Shown one piece after another: positions 45,905 through 54,748 of a stretch of 64,000 nt of DNA. Each line of letters begins with the position of its first letter. Position 1 is the first letter of the stretch. The DNA is from an uncultured Alphaproteobacteria bacterium (lineage in GTDB: Bacteria; Pseudomonadota; Alphaproteobacteria; Rhizobiales; Xanthobacteraceae), in assembly GCA_963751535.1 (NCBI GenBank), contig CAVVUW010000001.1:167955-231954 (forward strand). Reading direction: 5' to 3'. A program made the position numbers and the translations under genes. Under the pieces are notes generated by a model. The model was not told the origin of the DNA, did not search any database, and worked only from the letters and a program-made list of their open reading frames with translations.

Positions 45905-47047
45905 TTAGCGCTGCTCCAGGGGCACGTAGGTACGGGCGTCGGGCCCGTTATAAAGCGTGAGCGGACGCAGAAGGATGTTGTTCTCAAGCTGCTCGAGCAC
46001 CTGCACTACCCAACCGGGCACGCGACCGATCGCGAAGATCGGCACGAACAGATCGCGCTTTATGCCGAGCAGGTGATAGACAACGCCCGAGTAGAAATCG
46101 ACGTTCACGTTCACGCCATGACGCGCATAGGGCGCCATCGCCGCGACCACCGCCTGTAGGATCTCGAACCACTTTGGCTGACCCATTTCCTTTGAAAGGC
46201 GCTCCACGCCTGCGCGCATATGGCGGGCACGCGGATCTTCTGCGCGATAGACACGGTGACCGAAGCCGGTGACCGCTATTCCGGCCTTGCGTTTTTCCTT
46301 TACATAGTCCGCGGCACGCGACGGATCGCCAATCTCCTCGGCCATCTTCATAACGTCCTCCGCGGCGCCGCCATGCGCCGGGCCCGACAACGCCGCAATA
46401 GCCGCAACGATCGCAGCATGGAGATTTGCTTCAGTACCGATCACAACCCGCGCGGCGAACGATGAGGCGTTAGAGCCGTGCTCGGCATGCAGGATCAGAT
46501 CACGGTCGATCAGCTGTGCAGCGTCGACGCTTGGCTTTTTCCCCATCAACATCCAGAGCAGATTGGCGGAATGGTTGAGCGTCTGATCGGCCGGCACAGG
46601 ATCTTGATCGGCGCGGATGCGCGAATGTGCGGCGACGATCATCGGTATCTGCGAAGTCAGCCGAATGGCCTTGCGGAGCGTAGCTTCACGTGAGTTGTCC
46701 GCCGTTTCGGGATCAAACGCAGACAGAGCCGACGCTGCCGTACGTAGGACATCCATGGGATGCGCCGATTTGACGGCGTGAATGATGTCAAGGACGGGGG
46801 CTGGCAGCTTACGCGCCGCCTTTAGATCGGCATCAAAAGCAGCGAGCTGCTGCTTGCTGGGCAATTCGCCGTTAAGCAATAGCCAGGCAGTCTCCTCGAA
46901 GCTCGAATGCTCGGCGAGGTCATGAATTGAATAACCACGGTAGCGCAGTTCGCCCGCCTTGCCGTCGATGAAGGTACAGGGCGAACGATCAAAGTAAACG
47001 CCCTTCAGGCCGCGTTGAATCTTGATCGCTTCGGCGGTTTCGGTCAT
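45905..47047 (-). CDS. citrate synthase family protein (short ~380-aa type; citrate/2-methylcitrate synthase or citryl-CoA-lyase-like)
   Basis: The catalytic blocks HAEHGSNAS, GFGHRVYR and NVDFYSG are present. The start MTETAEAIK is at 47047. Confidence 0.88.
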   Translation of the reverse strand: MTETAEAIKIQRGLKGVYFDRSPCTFIDGKAGELRYRGYSIHDLAEHSSFEETAWLLLNGELPSKQQLAAFDADLKAARKLPAPVLDIIHAVKSAHPMDVLRTAASALSAFDPETADNSREATLRKAIRLTSQIPMIVAAHSRIRADQDPVPADQTLNHSANLLWMLMGKKPSVDAAQLIDRDLILHAEHGSNASSFAARVVIGTEANLHAAIVAAIAALSGPAHGGAAEDVMKMAEEIGDPSRAADYVKEKRKAGIAVTGFGHRVYRAEDPRARHMRAGVERLSKEMGQPKWFEILQAVVAAMAPYARHGVNVNVDFYSGVVYHLLGIKRDLFVPIFAIGRVPGWVVQVLEQLENNILLRPLTLYNGPDARTYVPLEQR

Positions 47048-47076
47048 TGATGCCCTCGCTCGCAACTTTGCGTCTT

Positions 47077-47091
47077 TCTCACGCGGTGAGA
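47077..47091. promoter_or_regulatory. third copy of the TCTCRC-N3-GTGAGA palindrome, in the citrate-synthase-like/pta divergent region
   Basis: TCTCAC-GCG-GTGAGA has perfect 6-bp arms. It lies 30-44 nt from the ATG at 47047 (-) and 4 nt before the pta ATG at 47095. Confidence 0.5.
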
Positions 47092-47094
47092 AGC

Positions 47095-48078
47095 ATGGAC
47101 TTGCTCAAGAAGCTTTTTGATATCGCACGGCAGCGCAATCGCAAAATCGTTTTGCCGGAAGGCGAAGATGAACGGATCATTATCGCTGCCGCACGCCTTG
47201 CGAGCGAGAAGATCGCCTCCCCTATCCTCCTCGGCTCTGCTGAGGAGCTTACGCGACTTGCCGGCCAGCATAGCGTCTCGCTATCCGGGATCGAGATTGC
47301 CGACCCGCGCAGCGACGCGCGACTGCAAAGCTATGGTTCAGCGCTCGCGCGGCTCCGCGAGTCGATGACCCCATCGGTGGCCATGCGTCTCGCGTCTAAA
47401 CCGATCTATTTTGGAGGCATGATGGTTCGGGAAGGCCATGCAGATGCGATGGTCGCGGGCTGCGCCAACCCGACGCGGCGCGTAATCGAGGCGGGGTTGA
47501 TGACCGTCGGATTGGCAGATGGCATCACGTTGCCGTCGAGCTATTTCCTGATGATCGTGCCGGATTTCCTTGGGCAAGGTCCAAGATCGTTCATCTTTGC
47601 CGATTGTGCGGTCAATGCTGATCCGACATCCGCCGAGCTTGCCGATATTGCGATCACTTCGGCACACAGCGCGAAGGCGCTACTCAAAGAGACTCCGCGT
47701 GTGGCGATGCTGTCCTTTTCGACCAAGGGCAGCGCACAGCACGCACGCGTCGATAAGGTGCGGGAGGCCATGAGTCTGGTGCGCCAACGCGAACCGGACC
47801 TTGCCATCGATGGGGAGTTTCAGGCTGACGCGGCCTTGGTGCCGAGCGTCGCGCGGAAGAAAGTAAAGGAGGACAGCGCGGTCGCCGGACAGGCGAATGT
47901 CCTGATTTTTCCTGACCTCGACTCGGGCAATATCGCCTACAAGCTCACGCAGTGGCTCGGCGGCGCCCAGGCAATCGGCCCATTCCTGCAGGGCTTTGCC
48001 AAACCAATCAGCGATTTATCGCGCGGCGCCACAGTTGAAGATATCGTCACAACGTCCGCCGTGGTGGCGGCGAGGTGA
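47095..48078 (+). CDS. pta: phosphate acetyltransferase
   Basis: MDLLKKLFDIARQRNRKIVLPEGEDERII...ADAMVAG...FADCAVN...LIFPDLDSGNIAYK are typical short-form Pta motifs. Confidence 0.9.
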   Translation: MDLLKKLFDIARQRNRKIVLPEGEDERIIIAAARLASEKIASPILLGSAEELTRLAGQHSVSLSGIEIADPRSDARLQSYGSALARLRESMTPSVAMRLASKPIYFGGMMVREGHADAMVAGCANPTRRVIEAGLMTVGLADGITLPSSYFLMIVPDFLGQGPRSFIFADCAVNADPTSAELADIAITSAHSAKALLKETPRVAMLSFSTKGSAQHARVDKVREAMSLVRQREPDLAIDGEFQADAALVPSVARKKVKEDSAVAGQANVLIFPDLDSGNIAYKLTQWLGGAQAIGPFLQGFAKPISDLSRGATVEDIVTTSAVVAAR

Positions 48079-48101
48079 CGCGACGGCCTCAGCCGCACCC
48101 A

Positions 48102-49691
48102 TTAGTGCTTCCACTCCGGCGCGGGCACCGGCTTCCACGCGCGCTTGAGCTTGAGGTCGTCGACGATCGCGTTGGCGGCAATGTAGCCCGGAGCCCCGTT
48201 GATACCTCCTCCGTTTCCCGACGACGAACCACAAAGATAGAGCCCTTCCACCGGCGTGCGGGATCCAGGCATCAGAGGATGCGGCCGGTTGATACCGAGC
48301 TGGTTCGGCACATAGGCCCCGACACGCACGGCACCCTGGCGCATGTTCGCATTGAGCTTTTCCACATCGAGCGGCGTGAACAAGTAGGTCCCAATCAGGT
48401 TGTCGCCTTCGAGATTGGACGCGTAGATACGCCAGTAATCGAGGACACGGCGAGTGTATTCGGCGCGATTGCGCTCCCATTCCTGCGGCGAGCCATCCAC
48501 TGAATAGGGAGCAAACGGCCACCAGAACGCAGCGTGCTTGCCACCGGGTGCGTAGCTCGGATCGAACATACTGTTGCACGCACCATTGCCCATCAGCACG
48601 CTGGGAAATTTTTTTGCCGCACAGTCTTCAAAGCAGCTCGCGACGTCGTCAATGTGATCCATGCCGAAAAAGATATTGTAGGCGCGCGAAATATCGGCAT
48701 CGAAAGCAGCTGCGCGGTAGGCCGGAGGGTCTTTGAGCGCGAGGTGCAACGTCACCAGGCTGTGGTTGCCCCAATGCCACGACTTCGCTTTTTCTCGCAC
48801 CGGCTCGGGAAATAATTCTTCGCCGGTCATTCGCACGGTCGTGGGAAAATCGATCGCACTTGCCACGAATTTGCGGCCATCGACCGTGCGACCATCGGCA
48901 AGCTTCACCCCGGTGGCCCGCCCGTTGGTGACTTTGATTTCTCTCACCTCTGCGTCTGTGATGATCTCGCCGCCGCCGGCCTCCACCACCCGCGCCAGCG
49001 CGAGCGCAAGAGAAACTGCGCCGCCAACCGGCAATGTAAAGCTGGCGATATTGGCAAAGATCGCCGGAAAGACGATTCCCGCGCCTGGCACATTTTCGGT
49101 CGTGATGACGTGCATGTAGGACGTGAACAGGGTTCGAATGCGCTCGTCGACAAAATGCTTCCGCACAACACTGAAGAGATCGTGCTGAGCATGCGAAAGC
49201 AGTTCCTTTGCCTTTGGTCCGCTCAGCCGGTCGATCAGTTGCTCGCGCGGCATCGGCGCGTTGTAAAGCAATGATACCAGTAACGGTCGCATTTCCTCGC
49301 AATAGGTGTGCCACAACGCGCGAAATGTCTCGGCGTCCTGCCGGGAAAATCGAGCAAGCGACGCGCAGCTCTTGTCTAGATCCTTGTAGATGACAATGCC
49401 GGTGCCATCACGGAAGACAGCCGCTTGCTGAACGGGCGGCTCGATATAGGAAAAGCCATAGCGATGGAGCTCAAGGTCCCGCAACAAAGGACAAAACCCG
49501 ATGCCCATGTAAAAATTCGCGTGCAGATTGAGCCTATAGCCGGGAAGAATGCGCTCCTCCGTGCTCGAACCCCCACCGATGCGGTTATTGCGCTCAAGTA
49601 CGGCAACTCGCATGCCCGCGCGCGACATATAAGCGGCAAGAGCGAGACCATTGTGGCCGGCTCCGATTACGACGCCGTCGAAATCCGTCAT
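48102..49691 (-). CDS. CrtI/phytoene-desaturase-family NAD(P)/FAD-dependent oxidoreductase
   Basis: N-terminal dinucleotide fold VVIGAGHNGLALAAYMSRAGMRVAVLERNNRIGG. It is 529 aa and starts 10 nt after the comE-like stop. Confidence 0.85.
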   Translation of the reverse strand: MTDFDGVVIGAGHNGLALAAYMSRAGMRVAVLERNNRIGGGSSTEERILPGYRLNLHANFYMGIGFCPLLRDLELHRYGFSYIEPPVQQAAVFRDGTGIVIYKDLDKSCASLARFSRQDAETFRALWHTYCEEMRPLLVSLLYNAPMPREQLIDRLSGPKAKELLSHAQHDLFSVVRKHFVDERIRTLFTSYMHVITTENVPGAGIVFPAIFANIASFTLPVGGAVSLALALARVVEAGGGEIITDAEVREIKVTNGRATGVKLADGRTVDGRKFVASAIDFPTTVRMTGEELFPEPVREKAKSWHWGNHSLVTLHLALKDPPAYRAAAFDADISRAYNIFFGMDHIDDVASCFEDCAAKKFPSVLMGNGACNSMFDPSYAPGGKHAAFWWPFAPYSVDGSPQEWERNRAEYTRRVLDYWRIYASNLEGDNLIGTYLFTPLDVEKLNANMRQGAVRVGAYVPNQLGINRPHPLMPGSRTPVEGLYLCGSSSGNGGGINGAPGYIAANAIVDDLKLKRAWKPVPAPEWKH

Positions 49692-49700
49692 GCTGCCCCA

Positions 49701-50324
49701 CTATGCGCTCGCGGCCTTTACCCCAAGACCGCGCATGAAACGCTCGCGAATTTGAACCGGGTCACGATCCGTCGTTGCTACCGCCGGTTTGTCGTCGATG
49801 CGAACGGCGATCAGGTTCGGCCCCTCACCCTTGAGTGCTGTTGTAACCAAGCGATCGAAGTCCGTCTCGTCAGCAGCCCAGACACTGCTTGCAATGCCGG
49901 CGCCACGCGCAATTGCGACAAGGTCAGCTGCCGGACTTGCGGTCGGCTGCGAGCCGGTGATCTGATAGATGCCGTTGTCCCAAACAACGATCGTGAGATT
50001 TTTCGGCGCGCGTTCGCCCACGGTTGCGAGACAGCCAAGCTGCATCAACAGAGAGCCGTCGCCTTCGAGCGCAAAAACATGTCGACGCGGTTGCGCAATG
50101 GCAACGCCAAACGCAATCGGTATTGCGAGCCCCATGCTGCCGAGCATGTAGAAATTTTGCGGGCGTTGACCACTAGCCCAAAGATCGAAATTGGCATTGC
50201 CGATGCCGCCGATGACGGCTTCCTCGTGCTTGAGCTGACCGACGAGCCGCTTGGTCAATTCGAAGCGGTTCATAACCTTGGCATTGTGCGCCGGTGTCGC
50301 TCCAGACGATTTCGTGTTCGTCAT
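49701..50324 (-). CDS. comE: sulfopyruvate decarboxylase beta-subunit-like ThDP enzyme subunit
   Basis: ThDP/Mg motif EGDGSLLMQLGCLATVGERAPKNLTIVVWDNG. The internal ATG at 50324 gives about 207 aa. A split phosphonopyruvate decarboxylase cannot be excluded. Confidence 0.75.
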   Translation of the reverse strand: MTNTKSSGATPAHNAKVMNRFELTKRLVGQLKHEEAVIGGIGNANFDLWASGQRPQNFYMLGSMGLAIPIAFGVAIAQPRRHVFALEGDGSLLMQLGCLATVGERAPKNLTIVVWDNGIYQITGSQPTASPAADLVAIARGAGIASSVWAADETDFDRLVTTALKGEGPNLIAVRIDDKPAVATTDRDPVQIRERFMRGLGVKAASA

Positions 50325-50328
50325 GGCG

Positions 50329-50865
50329 TCACCCTTCAAACACTTTGCCGCCTGTGAGCAACGGCGACAGGATAAAAGCAACAGGCGCTTGGGTGGCCAC
50401 GGCTTGCTTGATGGACCGATCAATCGTAAAGGCCAGTTCGTCCTGGCGTGTGATCGTGACGTTCTCGACCGCAAGTGAATTGAGCACCGGTCGCATCGTC
50501 TTGTACACCAGCGCCTGCCCGAGATTGAACTCGCCGAGCGTGCCGCGTTCCGAAACAAATATCAGCGCCGGAATCTGACAGGGCACAACAAGCGAGGCGA
50601 GTGCATTTGGAATAGTAGCGAAGCCGCTGGTCTGCATCAGGACGGCACCGCGTAGTCCACCCATCCACGCACCGGTAATGATGCCGATGGCTTCTTCCTC
50701 GCGCGTGGCAGCAAACGTCGTGAAAAACTGATCGGCGTGAAGGGACTTGATCAGCGGCGTGAACACCCGATCAGGCACATAAACGATGAGCTTGACGTTG
50801 TTCGCCTTGAGGGTTGCGAGAATGATCTCGTGCCAGTTGGTTGCCTGTGCTTGATCGTCTGTCAT
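50329..50865 (-). CDS. comD: sulfopyruvate decarboxylase alpha-subunit-like ThDP enzyme subunit (PYR domain)
   Basis: ~178 aa from ATG 50865. The REEEAIGIITGAWMGG block carries the conserved Glu of ThDP PYR domains. It lies 4 nt upstream of the beta-subunit gene. Confidence 0.75.
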   Translation of the reverse strand: MTDDQAQATNWHEIILATLKANNVKLIVYVPDRVFTPLIKSLHADQFFTTFAATREEEAIGIITGAWMGGLRGAVLMQTSGFATIPNALASLVVPCQIPALIFVSERGTLGEFNLGQALVYKTMRPVLNSLAVENVTITRQDELAFTIDRSIKQAVATQAPVAFILSPLLTGGKVFEG

Positions 50866-51023
50866 GGGCGGCAAAATTGCGTACACCTGTACTGAAATTC
50901 GTGTCGTTCTTGCCAAGCTATCGGCGCTTGCTTGAGGCCATTGCTCGCGCAAACGCAAAAGCTTAGCCTAACAGGAATAATGCAACTAATCAGAAAATTT
51001 TGCCGAAACTCAAGGGGAGGACG

Positions 51024-52040
51024 ATGACAAAAACAAATGGACACTCTGCGCCGTCACGACGCAGCATCATTAAAGGCGCTGGTGTAATGGCGGCCGGCGT
51101 CGCCGCTCCGTCAATCCTGAGCATGCGCTCGGCCTATGCCGCCTACCCCGACAGGCCGGTAAAAATAATCGTGGCCAATACGCCGGGCGGACCGTCCGAT
51201 ATTGTCGGGCGCATCACGGCAGGCGCGCTTCAGCAATCAACAGGCAAGACTTTTATCATCGAAAATATCGGGGGCGCGGGTGGAAACATCGGCTTCGGCA
51301 ACGCCGCGCACGCTGCTCCGGATGGCTACACCATCCTTCTTGCGACCAATGCGTGGTCGGTGAATGTCAGCCTCTACAACAAGATCCCCTACGATCCGCT
51401 GAAGGATTTTGTCGGCGTGAGCGAACTTGCAACCTCGCCCAATACGTTCGTCGTCAAGTCGGATTTGCCGGCGAAGACCATGCAGGAATTCGTTGCGCTT
51501 GCGCGAGCCAATCCCGACAAATTCAACTGCGCGACGCCACCGATCGGCACAACTCCCCAGATTCAGCTTGAGGTGCTCAAGATCCGGGAAAAACTGCCCA
51601 AACTTGAGAACGTGGTCTACAAGGGCGGCGGTGACGCCATTCAGGCCCTGCTGAGCGGAACCGCCCAACTGAGTTCCGGTTCGCTCCCGCCAGCGGCACC
51701 GCATATCAAGGCCGGCACAATGCGGTGCCTCGCGGTTACAGGCGAAGAACGCTGGCCGGATCTGCCGGACGTACCGACCATGGTGGAAGCAGGATACAAG
51801 GATTTCGTTTTCGCGACCGACACCAACCTGCTTGCTCCCGCAAAGACGCCCCCTGAAATCGTGAAATGGCTGGAAGCGGAAACGCTAAAGGTGCTCGGTA
51901 CTCCGGAAATGAAGGAGAAGTTATATCAGGCCGGTTTCCAGGTCCGGCCAAAGGGCGCCGATGCCGCCTGGGCCCGCGTGAACAAGGAAATCGATCTGTT
52001 CAGAAGCATCATCGACCAAGCCGGGATTCAGAAGCTGTAG
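51024..52040 (+). CDS. Bug-family (TctC-like) periplasmic substrate-binding protein with a twin-arginine leader
   Basis: MTKTNGHSAPSRRSIIKGAGVMAAGVAAPSILSMRSAYA is followed by YPDRPVKIIVANTPGGPSD, typical of Bug proteins. RBS GGGGAGGA precedes ATG 51024. Confidence 0.88.
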   Translation: MTKTNGHSAPSRRSIIKGAGVMAAGVAAPSILSMRSAYAAYPDRPVKIIVANTPGGPSDIVGRITAGALQQSTGKTFIIENIGGAGGNIGFGNAAHAAPDGYTILLATNAWSVNVSLYNKIPYDPLKDFVGVSELATSPNTFVVKSDLPAKTMQEFVALARANPDKFNCATPPIGTTPQIQLEVLKIREKLPKLENVVYKGGGDAIQALLSGTAQLSSGSLPPAAPHIKAGTMRCLAVTGEERWPDLPDVPTMVEAGYKDFVFATDTNLLAPAKTPPEIVKWLEAETLKVLGTPEMKEKLYQAGFQVRPKGADAAWARVNKEIDLFRSIIDQAGIQKL

Positions 52041-52068
52041 AACAATCGTCATCGGCCAAAACCCTCGC

Positions 52069-53190
52069 ATGCAAATCAAGACAATCGAGCCGATCGCAGT
52101 CAGCCTGCCTATGCTCAAACCCGTTATCATGGCGGGAGAGGAAGTCCGGCGTGCCGACAACGTGCTAGTGCGTATAGAGACCGACGGTGGCGTTATCGGC
52201 TGGGGAGAGGCCGCTTCTGCTCCGGTGATGACCGGCGAGACTCTCGAGAGCATCGTGTCCGCAGTTCGCTATCTGAGCTCCGTGTTGCGTGGGCGTGATC
52301 CGGAAGATATTGGCGGCGCACTCACTGCCATGGATGGCCGCATGTACGGCAATCATGGAGCCAAGGCCGCGATTGAAATTGCGTTGCACGATATTACCGG
52401 CCGGGCGACCGCGCGGCCCGTACATGCATTGCTTGGCGGGAAGAAGCGAAGCCGCATGCCCCTCCTGGGCGTGATAGGAGGCGGCGACCGTGACGGCGAC
52501 CTGCGCGACGCGGAAAAGAAGAAAGCAGCGGGAGTCACCGCTTACAAGATCAAGGTCGGCGTCGACACCGCAGAGAACGACGCGGCGCGCACGCGCGAGA
52601 TTTGCAAGGCTCTTGGCAGCGGCATGCTCATTTCAGCTGACGCGAACCAAGGTTTCAGTACTGGCCAGGCCATCGCCTATGTGCGTGCCGTAAAAGGCTC
52701 GGGACTCGATTTCTTCGAGCAACCTGTAGCGGCTGACGATCTTCATGGAATGGCGGCGGTAGCAGCCGCAACCGATATCGCGATCGGCTCAGATGAAGGT
52801 ATTCACTCGTCCGAAGACATCAGACGTCACCACGAGTGCAAGGCTGCGCGTGGTGTGAGTTTGAAGGCCATAAAATTGGGGGGTCTGAAGGCAGTGACCG
52901 AAGCCGGAAAACTTTGCGATAGTCTTGGCATGAGCGTGAACATTTCTTGCAAGACGGGCGAGTCGAGCGTCGCTTGCGCTGCGGCGTTGCACGTTGCTTC
53001 CGTCATTCCCAACATCGCCTGGGGGTTGACCCTCACCCATACGGGGATCGCAAACGACGTGGTGGCCCAGCCGATCCCGACCGCCAAGGGTCACGTGGAC
53101 AGCCTCGACCGACCTGGCCTTGGTATCGATGTTGACGAAGATCTCGTTCGCCGCCATCGCGTAATGATTGCTGCGCGCGACGTGGCCTAG
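52069..53190 (+). CDS. enolase-superfamily enzyme, muconate-lactonizing-enzyme (MLE) subgroup
   Basis: KxK motif (AYKIKVG), metal-ligand blocks ISADANQGF, FFEQP and IGSDEGI, and the second catalytic Lys region SLKAIKLGG. Confidence 0.88.
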   Translation: MQIKTIEPIAVSLPMLKPVIMAGEEVRRADNVLVRIETDGGVIGWGEAASAPVMTGETLESIVSAVRYLSSVLRGRDPEDIGGALTAMDGRMYGNHGAKAAIEIALHDITGRATARPVHALLGGKKRSRMPLLGVIGGGDRDGDLRDAEKKKAAGVTAYKIKVGVDTAENDAARTREICKALGSGMLISADANQGFSTGQAIAYVRAVKGSGLDFFEQPVAADDLHGMAAVAAATDIAIGSDEGIHSSEDIRRHHECKAARGVSLKAIKLGGLKAVTEAGKLCDSLGMSVNISCKTGESSVACAAALHVASVIPNIAWGLTLTHTGIANDVVAQPIPTAKGHVDSLDRPGLGIDVDEDLVRRHRVMIAARDVA

Positions 53191-53530
53191 GCCGGGGCCA
53201 GCCGGACAATATTGAGCGCGTCCATTGGAGTTGCGGTGCGACGACCAAATTCGTCCCACAAATCGCGCGCACACGTGCGATCAGTTCGGGTTTTTTCGTC
53301 GAGCGGTTGCGATCGAACTTGATGCCGTTTTCGAGACCGGTGCGCACACCGTCCTGCACTTGTGCGAAGAGCTACGGAATACCGGGATGAACTGCATCGA
53401 CGACGTCCATAAGCGAGTCTCTTAGCCGATTAAGGTCGAAGTCCGGTAGAGCAACGATAAATCAAACCGCAACCCGCGGGAGCTGCGGCCATTCTTGTTT
53501 CAGAAAAATACTCTTGCGAGTAGTGTATTC

Positions 53531-54171
53531 CTACTTGTTCTCACAGTGGTTGTGCGGTGTGTTTTCGATGCGACCATCGTCGCTCGGACAAGGCAGCGAT
53601 TTCATGCCGTGGATGTTTTTGAATTCTTTGTAGGATGCCAAGCGAACCATGACTTTGGTGATGCGTGCATCAATCATGGCTTCAACGCGCAAGATCTGCT
53701 CAAGTCGTTCCGGTTCGTATGCGCGAGCGACTAGCTCGTTATCGATAGTTGGCCCGGGCAACCGGCGCGGGCGCTCGAAATCGTGTCCATCCTTTTGGTG
53801 CGGGTCGTCTCCTAACCGCATCCTTTCAATCAATGCCTTCGCGAATTCCGACTTTTTGTTCAAGGCTGATGGACTTTGCTGTGCCAAATATCCGATCAGT
53901 TTTTTGGGTCCATGTTTTGCTGCCCTCGTCAATTCCGCCGGAGTCCTTTCCTTGTAGAATGGGAGGATCTGCCCCAACCTGAGCCGTCGCTTCCGCCAGT
54001 GCAGATCGGCCAACTCGTGCACGGCTTCCTCTTCAAGCGGACCTAACGGATTGAGGTCCTGGCGGAAGCCCTCATGGAATGTCGAAATTCCTTCGCGTCT
54101 TCCCACGGCAGCACGACGTCATGGGCGTACAGACCATGCGAAGTTGCGTTGTGTGTTCGCGCTTTTTTCAT
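53531..54171 (-). pseudogene. hypothetical protein gene split by a 1-nt frameshift
   Basis: ATG 54171 (RBS GGAGTGA) gives MKKARTHNATSHGLYAHDVVLPWEDAKEF.... ORF 53531-54106 continues ...TFHEGFRQDLNPLGPLEEEAVHELADLHWRKRRL. The frames join at the A/T run 54085-54087. Confidence 0.6.
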
Positions 54172-54431
54172 CTTGGTCACTCCAAAGCTTGATTGGTCAA
54201 AAGTAAAATCCTGGTGCGATGTGCACCAAGATCCTGTTGCTGCTTTGGTCTGCTGCTTTTAGGTCTTTTGAATTCGTCGACGGCGTAAGCGCGCTACCGA
54301 GCGACCTGCTGCCTAGAAGGCTTCAAACAGAGCAAGCCTGCCGCAACTTTGCTTTTTGGCCCGGCAAGCCCGCTCGCAATTCTGCAAAATCAGTGATTCG
54401 TCGCTCGCTGACAAGTTGCTTTCGGCAATAA

Positions 54432-54695
54432 CTACTTTCCACGATGGCGTTTGCGTAACCGAACGCCCGCCCCGCCCCCATTTTCCTGAATGAATTCGAT
54501 TCCGGCCCGCTCCAGTGCAGCGCGGATGGCCAGAATTGCTTGGCCCGACACCGGCCTTCTCGACTTTTCAAAGTCAACAATCGTTGAAAGTCCGAGCTTC
54601 GCGGCCGAAGCGAGCTCGGGCTGAGTGATCGCCAGCAAGCCCCGAGCGCCACGGCACTGGGCCGCAGTAATTTTATCAACATTTTCTGTTGACAT
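54432..54695 (-). CDS. XRE-family helix-turn-helix transcriptional regulator
   Basis: AAQCRGARGLLAITQPELASAAKLGLSTIVDFEKSRR is a classic HTH_XRE segment. It is divergent from the Gp157 gene. The ORF track's TTG 54707 is an alternative start. Confidence 0.8.
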   Translation of the reverse strand: MSTENVDKITAAQCRGARGLLAITQPELASAAKLGLSTIVDFEKSRRPVSGQAILAIRAALERAGIEFIQENGGGAGVRLRKRHRGK

Positions 54696-54748
54696 CCGAT
54701 TTAACAATCAATATAAAATGTTGACTGCTTACCAAAGGGAGTTGTGCC

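Noticed and set aside
50881-50892. Palindrome GTACA-CC-TGTAC 16 nt upstream of comD
   Set aside because: The arms are only 5 bp, there is no second copy, and no regulator gene is adjacent. This is not distinguishable from chance.
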